Under the pieces are notes generated by a model. It was not told where the DNA came from, made no database searches, and saw only the letters and a list, made by a program, of their open reading frames with translations. 64,000 bases of DNA from positions 15,996,001 through 16,060,000 of the forward strand of contig NC_073405.1 of the NCBI RefSeq assembly GCF_028641065.1, given 5' to 3'. Below, one piece after another: positions 25,667-38,328 of the stretch. How positions within the stretch are numbered: position 1 is the first letter of the stretch; the number at the start of each line of letters is the position of its first letter. The stretch is from Leucoraja erinacea (lineage: Eukaryota). Made by a program: the position numbers and the translations under genes.

Positions 25667-26990
25667 AACTGACCTAGCATCACATTCACATGGGTGAATT
25701 TACCTCCCCAAATACACAGGCAAGACACGTAGCTTTCTCTAGTTCACCACAAGGTGCATCGTGTATCTGGCTCTGTCCGTCGTCCACATGGTGCATGTGC
25801 CCATGCACAGAGTGCACCTGTATCTGTCCAAGCCCCACATCCACAGGGACTACCGCATATCCACAGGGTAGATCGTAATTCTTCCTGCTCTTCCTTCAGA
25901 TTCAGATTCAATTTAATTGTCATTGTCAGTGTACAGTACAGAGACAACGAAATGCATTTGCCTTAATATTCCTCCACAGGGTGCACCGTGTATCTGACTC
26001 AGTCCCTCATCCACATTGTGCATCTGTGCCTGGCTCAGTGATACATGCACAGTGTATATGTCCAAGTCCCACATCCACAACATACACCCTTTAGTTGTCC
26101 CATATCCACAGGAGCTGAGGAGTAGGTGAAAACATGGCAAATGCAATTTATTGTGGGAAAATGTAAAATTGTCCACTTTGATGCACAATAGAAAAGCAGA
26201 TAACTTTTTAAATGGTGATTTGTATAATGTTCAAAGGGACCTAAATGTTCTTGTATACAATTCACTTAAGGCCAAGCTGCAGGTGCAGTATATGATTTGG
26301 CAGGCAAATCTTACGTTGGCCTTCATCATGATTTGAATAAAGATGTCTTAATGAGGCCTTGGTGAGATTGCATCTGGTGCATGCAATTTTGGTTTCCTAA
26401 CCTAATAAATACACTATAGAAGTTTAGAAGAATGAAAGATAACCTCACGGAAACCTATGAAATAAAGAGTTTAGCAAGCTGCATGTAGGGATGACAGTTC
26501 CAAGTCTCAAACTATAGGTCATAATTCATGGTAGTTCATTTAGAATTAGGATGAGGAAACATTTCTTCTCAGAGGGCAGTGAACCTTTGGAAACTTGTAC
26601 TCTTTTCTTTTTGACATCCAATGCTAGTTCATCTAATTTCTCAATCTGTCTTGCCATTCTCTTGAATTTAAATGTTCTAGTGACATTATGCACTTGAAAT
26701 TGGGTCAGTCTTCATGTGTATTTGAAGCAGCCATTTACTCACAGAGAACCCCTACAAACAGTAATGAGATGATCCAGTTTGTGAAGTTGATTAAGAAATA
26801 AGCATTTGCTGTCTTGCCAGACAATATCATCTCCAATTGTGTAGTGTAAGATCAGACGGTCCAGATTTTTGTGTTCAAGTCTCTGGACTGTTACCGTCAA
26901 ACCACAATTTTCTGTCAGGGGTGCTACGAACCTCTGGCTGAAAGCCAATGCTATTCTGCTCATGCCGATTGTGGTGTAGTCGCACTTTTG

Positions 26991-27311
26991 GGGTGGCATG
27001 GTGGCAGAGCAGTAGAGTTGCTTCCTTACATGCTTACTGTGCCAGAAACCCAGGTTTGATCCCAACTACGGGTGCGATCCCAACTACGGGTGCTGTCTGT
27101 ATGGAGTTTGTATGCTCTACCCATGACCGCGTGGGTTTTCTCCAAGATCTTCGGTTTCCTCTCACACCCCAAAGTCTGTAGGTTAATTTTCTTGGTATAA
27201 ATATAAATTGTCTCTAGTGTGTGTAGGATAGTGTTAATGTGCAGGGATCGCTGGTCGGGGTGGACTTGGTGGGCCGAAGGACCAGTTCCCGCGCTGTGTC
27301 TCTAAACTAAA
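26991..27311 (+). mobile_element. HE1-type SINE, full length, with an internal 18-bp tandem duplication
   Basis: Head GGTGGCATGGTGGCAGAGCAGTAGAGTTGC. gatcccaactacgggtgc occurs twice (27058-27093). TAAAC tail. Confidence 0.88.
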
Positions 27312-28559
27312 AATACTTAAATTAAGAGTAATGAAGATGCAATTAAAAGAAAGACCTGCAGCTTGGTTGGGGTGAAGGTTCCTGTAAGAAATAATACTTG
27401 ACCATTCATCAGTGACATGTGTTGGGATCATTTTGAAAAAGTATTATTGTTGTTGAGGCACATAAAGCAGAAGGCCTAAAGATTACCCGAGGTAACTAGG
27501 AATGAGAGAGCAGTTAAATCATGGAGCCCGAAAATTGTTCTTCAAAGTCCCGTCTGATGACCACAATAGAACTGTCCACCAAATTGAATCACAGAACAAG
27601 GAAAATGCAAATAACACATTGAGAATAAGAGGCTTTTGTAATTATAGGGCTCGAGACATCCCCATACACTTCAGTCAATGAACATGGAACAGCACAGCAG
27701 AGATATATGACTTTTGACCCTTCATTGCCTGTACATGATCCATATTCCTTCATTGCCTGCACGTTAATGTGCCTCCCTAAATACATTTTAAATTAGTACA
27801 GTTAGGTGCAATCACTCTTCATATAGTCACAATGAGGCAAATATCCCACAGACAGGATACTCAGATTCACAACCTTCTTAACTCTTCCATGTTCACAGAT
27901 TTATATCCCCAGTGACACAGTTGCCCAACATCACATAATCAGACTCAACTCCCAACAGCTTATTTCACAATTCCTTTTAAAAAAACCTATTGTGCAATTC
28001 TGGCACTTCCTTTCTAGATATGCCACTCATTCTTCCAATAAGCTTGCATGGTCATAATTCAAATAAAACCTATTTCAAAACGTTTGGTTTTTCAGCTATA
28101 AAGAGTGGAAACTGTTATGCCTAAGCCTCTCATTAATGCAAAATGCTGCAGGCAGACTAACAACTAACTTCAAGTTATAACACTGATACACATGGACAAA
28201 TATCTAAAATTGCAAATCTTAACGATAAGAAGTAATACCTGGCATAAAATAACATACAGTGCAAGTAGCTCACTCTTAAGGTCACATGTTAAGTTATCAT
28301 TTTGCACATTCACATTACAAAGTTGATTGATGTGAGTTATTTAATGGGAGTTATTTATTGTTTCTCTGGCGTCAAGAACATATAATTTCAAGGACAGCAT
28401 GGGAAATCATATTTACAAAGCAGCACGACGTCAATAGATAGATGCAGGTCTCTTCCCATCACGCACGTTAGCTGAGAAACAGTGAAAAACTACTTTATTT
28501 ACTACAGATGCAAAGAATGGTGAAAATAATAAAATGATGTCCAAAAGCTGCATCTCAAA

Positions 28560-28628
28560 TCATTTCGTCCAGCTGACTTTGGGAATATCGTAATGTTCCG
28601 TAAGGGTATCCAGGTGTCTGTTAAACTC
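28560..28628 (-). CDS. FAM32A: FAM32A exon 4, with stop codon
   Basis: Encodes EFNRHLDTLTEHYDIPKVSWTK*, matching the conserved FAM32A C-terminus. Confidence 0.96.
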   Translation of the reverse strand, partial: EFNRHLDTLTEHYDIPKVSWTK

Positions 28629-30557
28629 CTGCAAGAGAGACAAAGTTACAAGTCAGCATTTTAACCAATGGAAATTTCTTAGTTCCCAATGAATCAAGCT
28701 CTGAAGCCGGCAGTGGAGGGATGTGGCATGTATATTTGGCCAAAGTGAAAAGGGCAAAGGGAATGCTGCAGGCATTCTATACTGTTTGGACTGGCATTTT
28801 TTCCCTCCCACCCCATGTTAAATGTATTGCACGTAGGCCATAAACCGTACACCGTACAGCCATTCAGCTAGGCTAGTGCAGGTACAGTTTACCACACTAT
28901 TTGCTACAGGCATGGCAATGATTTAATATGACCCCAGCCCCCTCAACTAGCCTGGTCTTGATCTGACGATGACATTACTTGTGTGCAGTCAGGCTTCAAC
29001 TCGTGGTCTGGGGTCTCCAGTGGCCATGAACTGAGTTGATGCATAAAGCCACAAACTGAGCTTGACTGTACAGAAACAATATGGGCATCAGATCAAGACC
29101 AGACTCATTGGGAGCATGGGAGACATTAAATCATAATGTTTAAATTATAGTTTAAAATGTCTTTTAGGCTGCAGATTTGGAGCAACTCTGAAATTCATCT
29201 AGCCATTTTGTACCAATGCCCAGCATCCACAGGGTCATCAGTCATGGAGTTGATCCACAACCACACCCGCGCTTCATCCAAAACAAGAGTTTCACTCCTC
29301 ACTACTAAAACTGTATTCAAGGTTGATTGGGTTCAGATCTGGAACACTACAGATCTTGCAGTGTTTCACGGATCACTGTGACCTAGGTTACCAGCAACAA
29401 CACTAGTGAGAACAGTGGCTTAACATAACGCACAGACGTCATCGAAAAGTTATTACACTGCTAACGCTGCCAATCATTTGCTTTGTTGTCATAAATGCAG
29501 GCTTTAAACAATCACTGGACATTAACAAACACTTCAAAATTTTAAAGGTACAAATTCTATTTTGTTAATGAACAGAACATTTTCAAAACCCTCTCCTTTA
29601 AAAGAGCCATTTTAGACAAACTGACGTCTACCAGTCTTAATACAGGCTAGTATTATCATGCAAATTTGATCTAATTTAGCCTTCAACCTTGAGATCCCCT
29701 GCAAATCACATGCCATCTCAATTTGGAACTCAATCACCATTCCTTCCAAAGATCCTATAGGATCTTTGATTCCTTCATTGCTGCAGGTTCATTTCCTAGA
29801 ATAGCCTTCACTGAAACACTGCAGGTGTATCTTCCCCACACAGGCCGAAGCATTTCAAGCTGGCAGATCAACCCAATCTCCCTCAAAATGACTTTAAGAG
29901 CAACATTTGACCCTTACACATGCTGGCCATGATTTTGATAAATGCCAAACAGCACTTTGGTTCAAAATGTCATTGAACAACCACACTTTATTCACAATTT
30001 TTTTCTCATAATAGAATTTGTTTAGAAAGAGGTTGAATACAAAATTAGGTAAACTGCATTACTTTTCTAACGCACACTACTTGGATCTTCAGAATACTAT
30101 TTCCTACCGTATTCGTTAGCTATTTAATTTCATATTTACTGTGCCTTTAAAATAGGTTGGAAGCTTTGTTCCTCATTCCTTTATAGTAATTTGCACCGAA
30201 TATATATTTACTTGGTTTTAATGTTAACAATATTTCTTTATTTATCCAAGTTGTTCCATTGCTCTCCACTTTTGTAAGCAGAATATAACCCTCCTGAATG
30301 TATTTTAGTTTAATATACTCTACATCTATTCTCCCATCTAAATAATTAAGGAATTAATTCTCTACTGTTCCATTCTTTCCATCCTCAAATTTTAATTTGC
30401 CTATCTATTGTTTGACATTGGTCACTGTTTTACTTATGTAAAACTTAAAAAAAAACTTTTACTTTAAAAAAAATGTTACTTTAAAAAAAAAATCAAATTC
30501 TTAATTTGAAGTGGCAAAAGAATAATTGCATTCTAGTTATTGAAATTGCATTCTTAC

Positions 30558-30611
30558 TTCAACGCTCTGTTTGTGTGTTTTCGATGCCTTCTTCAAGATC
30601 CTTTCGATTTG
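30558..30611 (-). CDS. FAM32A: FAM32A exon 3 (54 nt)
   Basis: Encodes QIERILKKASKTHKQSVE. CAG acceptor, GTAAGA donor. Confidence 0.96.
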
Positions 30612-31949
30612 CTGCAAAACGCGAAAGGAGAGTTAAAAAAGCAGGAAGAAAGTTTCAAGAAGCGGGCCACAGAGTCTACGAAATTAAGTGTGGTGGTGGT
30701 GGTGGTTGGGGGGTTGAGGGGGAGGGGTGAGAATACATATAACCAAAAATCCTCATATAGAAAACACCACTGCAAAGGAACAAGGACAAGGTGAGGGTAA
30801 GGAGGGGGTGGGTGACAGAAGGGGAATGTTGATGGCTGGGTGTGTGGAGCCATGTATAAATGTCCTGTGAAGCTCTTTCATACAGACAGAAGACAGCAAA
30901 AAAATATTGATAATATTAGCATTTACACATCTCCACTTTTGCCATTTATCTTACCTTCTCTGCATTAAAGCATTTATGTATGCGAGTGCGCCTTTTGTGT
31001 TCCTTTTTAAACAGTCCTCAATAATTTTGACTTTCTGTAACCAGGTGTCTGTACCATAACACAAGAAAACAGGAGCAAGAGGAGGCTGCTGACCCCTTCA
31101 AACCTGTTCTACCATTCAGTTTGATGCCACAAACATTAGACCTGACTTCCTCCTCCGTACCATATCAAGTCTTGGGTCTGATACTGAAAACTAACCAAAC
31201 TATTTCCCTTCCATAACACAAGGTCTAACCTCAGGGGCAGCTTGTGCCTGGGGTTCTGTACCAACCCTTCAAGAAGATTCACCTGTTTTTATTTCAGAAT
31301 GCATCTGCTTGCGAATTGTTTTTACTGCATTCCATTTTTTCATTCTGACAGTCATAGTTCAGAGCATGGAAACAAGCACTTTGGCATGTCAAGTGTCCGC
31401 CAACAAGCAAGCATTAATTTACATTAATCTTATCAACTCCTTCCCCCCCCCCCTCCCCCCATTCTACCAGGCATCCACACACTTGGAGCAATTATAGCAG
31501 CCCATAAACCTCCCGGCACCCGAGGAAAACTCACACAATGACAAAAAAAGTATACAAACTTCATCTGAGAGGACAGGATTGAACCCAGTTGCTAGAACTA
31601 TGAGGAGATCTATTAGTTGAGCAACTGTTGCTCTTTCTAAGACACACATTATCCGTTATGTGCAGTTCATGAAGCATTGATTTTTGTGTCTTTTAACTAC
31701 TTCAGCAGACAAGCGTCACACAATGACCATTTTCATGTCATCCTCTTTTACTCACATCACTCCTCCCCATTGTGTCATTTCTCTCATACACTGCATTCAG
31801 TCCACAATCACACCACTTCCAACTCTGACACAGAGGACCAAGACAAAAAGGCTAACTTTAAAATAAATTCACTCTAATTGGGTACTGACTGACTGTAGAT
31901 CTGCATTACTCATAGCTTTTCTCTTTTATTCAAGAGATGCACAACTCAC

Positions 31950-32097
31950 CCGCTTCTCCTGCATTTTGTCAAATGCCTTCTGCGCTGGAGTTCTTTTGTC
32001 TACAATTGTTCGTTTGTTTTCTTCCGCATCGTCATGCTGCTGCTGGTTTGATGCAATCTGTTGCAGCATTTTCTTGGTTTCTTTATTCTTTTTCTTC
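31950..32097 (-). CDS. FAM32A: FAM32A exon 2 (148 nt)
   Basis: Encodes KKKNKETKKMLQQIASNQQQHDDAEENKRTIVDKRTPAQKAFDKMQEKR. TAG acceptor, GTGAGT donor, phase consistent. Confidence 0.95.
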
Positions 32098-32159
32098 CTA
32101 TTTTTTGAAAATCAAGCACAAAATACCTTACTTTTAGTATTTGTTTTGGAATCTTGACA

Positions 32160-32875
32160 GTAAAGTTACGTGCCTTGCAGTCATAACATAGAATAAAATC
32201 ACAAAACACACAATAAACACAGATTTAACATCCACCGCAGTGAGTCCACCAGGTCCTCCTCACTGTGATGGAAGGCAAAAGTCTTAAAGTCCTTGTCTCT
32301 TCCCTCCTGGTTCTCCCTCTGCGTTGAGGCGATCCAGGCTTCCGATGTTGCGACCCCGCCGGGTGATGGTAAGTCCCGCGGCTGAATCCGAGCTCCGCGA
32401 ATGGGCCGGTTCAAACTCGGCGACCCGGGGCGGTCGAAGCTGCTGCCCTCCAGTCCAACGGACGAAGCTGTTGTTGCGGGAGCTACGGAAAACAGGTCAC
32501 CAACCTGGGACCTGCGAGCTCCCGACAATGTCGTCATCTAGGCCTCCGGTCGGCTCGGAAGTTGGGTCGTCGCCGACGCAACGCCACCACAGCCCTGAAG
32601 TTGGCCAGCCTCATGTTGGAAAGTCCTGGCTCTGCCTCCGGAGCCTCGAGGTCGGTCCCAGTTGGAGGCCGCCAGCTCCGCCATTAGGCCTCAGCGCAGA
32701 CGGGTATACGACAAGAATAGGTCGAAGGAAGGAAGAGACTAAAACATGTTCCTCCCACCCGCCTCACCACACATACACAACCAAAATAAACTGAAACAGG
32801 ACAAAAAAAAACAACAAAAAAAGACAAACGGACTGCAGGCGAGCCGCAGTTGCAGGACAGCGCCGCCACTTCCAT
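32160..32875 (-). mobile_element. Young CpG-rich non-coding interspersed repeat, probably a non-autonomous non-LTR element
   Basis: Sharp CpG-rich block in FAM32A intron 1. It begins ggaagtggcggcgctg on the minus strand and has a T/G-rich 3' portion. No credible ORF. Confidence 0.55.
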
Positions 32876-33276
32876 TGATGAAGGGACAATATTGGGGAAC
32901 AAAGGATATGTGAAGTGGGAAGTGAGAAATAGGCAAAGAGAAGGTGCAAGAAACAGGAAGAAGGGAGGGAGAGGTGGCAAGGAGAGTTTTCTTCTTATCG
33001 AGTCCACACACAAGATTAGAAGTTCAGCCAGAGCAGAACACACTTTTCAACATCTGCATACAATGGTGTCTGTCTTGAGCATCTTGTGCGTGGCGGTGGA
33101 AAGATTGGTGAAAACAGGTCCGCGACGCGAACGTTGAAGTGATGGGGAGGAGATAGTTTTGATATATTTATTCATTTTCTAAAAAGGAACCAAATTTAAT
33201 AGCATGGATTTTGCAGGAGAATGGTATAGTAGTTCCATGAAGCAAAGTTAAAGAAACATATGCAACATATCACCAT

Positions 33277-33412
33277 TAGGCTGTGGGCCGAGAAGCTTTA
33301 TTCTGCAGTTTTGTGACCCAAGTCACCAAACTACAAAATTTCATGTAGTTTGGTAACTTGGGTCACGAAATTCTATTTCTAAACACATTTTTGATGCTCG
33401 GCCCACAGCCTA
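33277..33412. mobile_element. Small palindromic MITE-like element
   Basis: 16-bp perfect outer inverted repeat TAGGCTGTGGGCCGAG and an inner 23-bp hairpin. Confidence 0.6.
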
Positions 33413-33723
33413 CATGAGCTTCAAGGGGGACAACATCTGGTGTTGGGCTCACCACTGGAATAATAGAATTGCATGTAATTATTGTCTTAGCATTAAATCT
33501 ATCAGAAATGTATCACTACAGTTCAGGTACATTCCCTCTTAAGTATCAATCATTGCTGAGCAAAGCCTTTCAGAAACAAAGTTATGTTACATTTATTATT
33601 TTTCTTAAATGTTTAATTATAGTTGGAGATATGCAATAAAATGTTAAATTTTAATACTGTGCTCTTCTTCTTCATGATCCTTTTAGCTCTCTCTGATATT
33701 TCTCCATCTTTAATATCAGAAAG

Positions 33724-35690
33724 TAGAAACAAGGAACTGCAGCTGCTGGTTTACACCATAGACGCAAAGTGCCGGAGTAAATCAGCTGGTCAGGCAGTAT
33801 CTCTGGAGAAGATGGATAGGTGACGTTCCAGGTTGAGATCCTTCTTCAGGCTGAAAGCTGGGAGAGAAGAGAGGCAGGGCAAAGCACAGCAGATAATAGG
33901 TGGACACAGGCGAGGGACAGTTTGATAGGTAGGTGGCTGGAGAGTAGCAGAAATCACAAAGTGAGAGAAGTAATTGTTTCTACATTTTGACTGCTCACTG
34001 CGAAATATCAAAGTATGTCTACTTTGAAGATGTGTGTAGGAAGGAACTGCAGATGCCAGTTTACACTGAAGATAGACACAAAATGCTGGAGGAACTGCAG
34101 GAAAGGCAGCATCTCTGGATAGAAGGAATGGGTGATGTTTCATGTTGAGACCCTTCTTCAAACAGTCAGGGGAGAGAAAGAGATATGGAAGGGCAAGGTG
34201 TGAAAACGAGACATCGAAGGGGACAAAGCATGGAGAATATAGAATAGATCATTGTTAGCTAGGGGGAGGTGACAACAAAGTCGGTATGTTACAAAACCTA
34301 CCTGAATCGTCATTGGGAATCTGCCCACAGCCAAGTCCGCGATTTTGGCGCTGTTTGGAGGGGGCGGGTTTAAAACGCGATTTTTACTAGGCTGTTCTAA
34401 TCGCAGATGTTCAGCCTAGTAAATCATTAACGAAAAATCGCTGCAAGACCCGGTCGCAAAAGGTATTATTAGTTTTATAGGCCTAGATAATATAGTTATA
34501 ATAGTTTTAAAATTACTCACTCATTCCGCAACCTCTCGCAGCCCCAGGGTTTTATAAAGCAAACAATTAAAGGTATGTACCTTATTTTTACATTAAATGG
34601 GGCATATATATAACCCTGTATATCAAGTTATCTATAGCGAGTAGTTCATTTTGGCCTTTTTATATCCCGCAGTATTTTTCTCGGCATTTGAGGGCACTAA
34701 TCCAGCGCGATGCGAACATTCTAAACCAGCGCGTTTACATGAACCCACTGGAAAGCCGATTTAAATGGGCATTTATTTACGGCAATTGAACACTAAATTC
34801 CTTCCATTTGGCCTATAAATTAATGTAAATTAGATATAAAAATCATGTTATATTGTGAATTATTTGTGAATAATCTTTGGACACTTAGGCTATTTAAAAA
34901 TGTTAATCTTTCCTTAAGAAATGGGCTTTTGACTATCCAAGATCACAGCTTTTTTGTAATGTCCATTGAAAATCAATAGGGAACAAGATGCTAATTTCCG
35001 AGTATGAAAATGGCCATAACTTTTTTAATACTTGAGATATGAAAGTGAATTTGGTGTCAAATTAAACTTATTGTTATGCTTTATCTGATGGGATAAATTG
35101 CAGACTTGATTTTTAAAATCTCAACATTTTGTAACATTGCTAAACAAAGCATACAAAGATAAATGGAATCAGGAACAGTCAAACTGGTCAGAGGGGGAGA
35201 ACTTGGATGGGGAGGGATGGAGAGGGAGGGGGGGAAGCAAGGGTTACTTGAAGTTAGAGAAGTCGATATTCATATCACTGAGTTGTAAACTGCCCAAGCG
35301 AAATATGAGGCGCTGATCCTCCAATTTGCGTTGGGCCTCACTCTGACAATGGAGGATGCCTAGGACAGAAAGGTAAGTATGGGAGGGGGAGTTAAAGTGT
35401 TTAGCAACTGGGAGATCAGGTAGGTTAAGGCATACTGAGCGGAGGTGTTCAGCAAAACGATCGCCGAGCCTGCGCTTGGAGCAGCAGAAACAGTAGGTGT
35501 GGTTGGAGGTGCAGGTGAACCTCTACATCACCTGAAAGGGATGTCGTGGTCCTCAGACGGAATCGAGGTAGGAGGTATAAGGTTTAAGTGTTGCATATCC
35601 TGCGGTTGCAGGGGGATTTACCTGAGAAGGGAGTAGTGGGGGGGGGGGAGGAACGAGTTAAATCCAGGGAGTTGCGACCAAAGATCTGCT
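33724..35690 (-). mobile_element. Penelope-like retroelement remnants: terminal repeats plus GIY-YIG endonuclease C-terminus, interrupted by a TIR element
   Basis: The minus strand at about 35244-35540 reads RRLGDRFAEHLRSV..LPVAKHFNSP and LGILHCQSEAQRKLEDQRLIFRLGSLQ..MNIDFSNFK*, a typical PLE endonuclease tail. Confidence 0.85.
34281..35142. mobile_element. Unclassified 862-bp non-autonomous DNA transposon
   Basis: Imperfect 16-bp TIRs TCGGTATGTTACAAAA and TTTTGTAACATTGCTA, flanked by the 7-bp direct repeat AACAAAG (34274-34280 and 35143-35149). Confidence 0.8.
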
Positions 35691-35854
35691 ATAGGATCTT
35701 TGGTTACGACGGTCCGCTCATCAGGGGCTAAGCAGCTGCGGCCTTCCAGGCAAACAGCCGCCCCGATGCCGCTCCCATACCCTGCCGAACCCCGTGGTTA
35801 GGCCTTTCCCCTGCCACTGGGCGGGCCCGGTAGAAGAGCCAGGTTGCTTCTTAC

Positions 35855-35925
35855 TTCTTGACACCGAGATCAGCGACGCCTTTGAGCCGGAGACTTCCGC
35901 GCTCCACCGCCTCGTAGTCGGCCAT
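35855..35925 (-). CDS. FAM32A: FAM32A exon 1 (71 nt)
   Basis: Encodes MADYEAVERGSLRLKGVADLGVK(K). GTAAGA donor, inside a CpG island. Confidence 0.95.
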
Positions 35926-36020
35926 CTTCGCCCGCGCACAGACTGCTGGACCCGCGGACCAGACCCCGCCCACCTCAAACATGGCCCCACCCACTCCAAA
36001 CATGGCCCCGCCCACACGCC
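35926..36020 (-). promoter_or_regulatory. FAM32A CpG promoter with three GC/CACCC boxes at 21-bp spacing
   Basis: ccccRcccac at 35964, 35985 and 36006. A YY1-like AAGATGGC overlaps the ATG. Confidence 0.7.
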
Positions 36021-37675
36021 CTTATATCTTTCCACAGATGCTGCTTGCGCTACTGAGCTCCTGCTACAGATTGTTTTTAGCTTCTGATTTCAGCCTCTGC
36101 AGTCTTACTCTGCTAACAGTTTATTCCCATGGCTACCCCGGTTTTACCCTCTACTCCGCCATCCATGCAACTTATCAAACACCTTTTGTCTCCTTCCCAG
36201 TTCTGAGAAACGTCTTCCACCTGCAATGTTAACTTTGTTTGTCTTTCAGAGAAACAGGTGCAGGAGGAGGCCATTCGGCCCTTTGGGCCAGCACCACATT
36301 CCTAAGATGTGGCCTGGCCTGCTGAGTACTTCCTGCATGATCTGTTCTTATTTCAAATATCCAGCACCCGAAGTTTATTTTGGTTAGCATGCAACATAAG
36401 CTTTTCACTGACCTTGGTACACGTGACAATAAATTAAACTGAAACTTTGTTATCACCTTTGCTCAGCAGTCTCTAGCTGCCTCATTGTGTTTCTTGAACC
36501 ATTGGCCAATCTTCCCAGAACACAGGTCTCCCCCACCACCTTCTACTTACAGTCTGAAGCAGGGTGCCGACCCATAATGTCACCTATTCATTTTCTCCAG
36601 AGATGCTGCCTGACCTGCTGAGTTACTCCAGCATTTGTGTCTATCTTTGGTATAAACTAGCATCTGCAGTTCCTACCTACACTTCCCAGACACTTTGGTT
36701 TCATCACATTTGCACTGCCCCAAAATTGAACACAAGTATCGATGCACGCGTACATGTTGAGAAACCAAATATCAGCTTGATTGTATTCATGCATAGGCTT
36801 TTGACTGGGTAACATGCAAACAAAAGCTTTTCACTGTGCCTTGTTACACGCAACAATAATGAACTACACTAAACTAAACGAAATAATCGGTTGCTGTGTT
36901 TCCTGCCTAGCAGTAACTATTGTTCAAAAACACTTGTTTGTAAAACATTTCAGGCTATGAGGTGAGCTTGAAATGCGTATCATTTGAAATCGACCACAAA
37001 TCAGGCTTTTAGATGTACCAGCACTTTATGTTTCAAAAATCCAAAATATTAAACATTTTAGCAGCTTCTAAGTTCACCGGCAAGAATAATGTTGTCATTC
37101 ATGCCATTCCATAACAAAATAAACACGTAGTATGCACCGACTGGATTCCGAGAAATTCCTAACCATTCCACAAGGTTTCACTGGCAGTAAGAAAGTATCA
37201 TCAGTATGTCGGGAGTTTACAGATTCCAGTACAAGAGAGCAGCCAACACACATCAGCTCAGGAGATAAAGAAAGCCACATCTGGCGTCAGGGATGGAGAG
37301 CTGAGAAGGTTCAGCAAATGGCCAGAATGTCATGTAGGGGACATTCACTCCTCCAGGTCCTGAAGGAATTAGGGCTCAGGGCTGGGTTTTCATCTGCTGG
37401 AGAGGTTAGCAGTGAGGCGAAGCCTTCACCCCCATATATAACAACTCTGCTGACCAACAAGTCCTCAAGGGTCCCTGTTCCTCGGTGGGAACCTGAGGCT
37501 GGCAGCAATGATCAGGGCAAGGGTAATTGGGGCACAAATTACGGCCAGCTAAAGCTTGTGGGGAAAGGGATGTTGGAGTGGGCACAATTTGTTAAAATCA
37601 TGGGGCAAAATAACCTGAGGGAACATGGTTGGGGATGGGGGAGAAGAATGAGCAGTCCCAGATCCATGATTACAC

Positions 37676-37870
37676 TGAAGGAATTGCAGATGCTGGTTTA
37701 CACAGACACAGATAGACACAGAATGCTGGACTTCAGCGGGTCAGGCAGAAAAGGAATAGGTGACATTTCGGATCGAGACTGAAGAAGCGTCTTGACCCGA
37801 AACGTCTCCCATTCCTTTACTACAGAGATGCTGCCTGTCCTGTTGAGTTACTCCAGCATTCTGTGTCAAC
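37676..37870. mobile_element. Penelope-like inverted terminal repeat pair
   Basis: Same repeat family arranged as an inverted pair. Contains ctgaagaagcgtcttgacccgaaacgtc. Confidence 0.75.
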
Positions 37871-38328
37871 CTCCACGATTACACTGGTGGATCTGTTGCT
37901 GATTGAACTGGCTGACTGTTCAACAATGTGGGAGGAAGCTGCGTGAGGGGGTTATTTCACAATGGCTGGTGCAGCTTCCTCCAGCCTTTGCCCTGTCAAA
38001 CCCTTAGTCCAGGGGGGAACCTCACGCAGGGGGTATTCCCAGAAATTCTCCATGCCCAGATTGGCAGGAGAGATTCTGCTGCCCATAAATAAAAACACGT
38101 TGTCTATATTGGCCGCGCATTTGGCTCTATCAATGGGGCCGGTAAACAGGAAAAAGCAAGCACACAAATGTGTAAGATCACACTCAATTATAACTTTAAA
38201 AAGAGAATTAGGTAAGCAGAAGACGGGGTAAAATATACAAGGAATGAAAGGGGAGTGAGATTGATTGTAAAGCTCTTCCAAGGACCCAGGCACAATGGGT
38301 GGGTGCTGTATCGATGGATGAGGTGAGG

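Noticed and set aside
26991-27075. tRNA-like sequences at SINE heads
   Set aside because: They are degenerate SINE heads followed by the V core and LINE-derived tail, not tRNA genes.
32199-33137. Cluster of 90-156 aa ORFs and an apparent CpG island
   Set aside because: Coincides with a CpG-rich interspersed repeat inside FAM32A intron 1 and shows no protein homology I can recognise.
37132-37782. 216-aa ORF downstream of the TRIM stop
   Set aside because: No recognisable domain, ends inside a Penelope repeat, and has no supporting splice context. Likely a chance ORF in 3' UTR or intergenic DNA.
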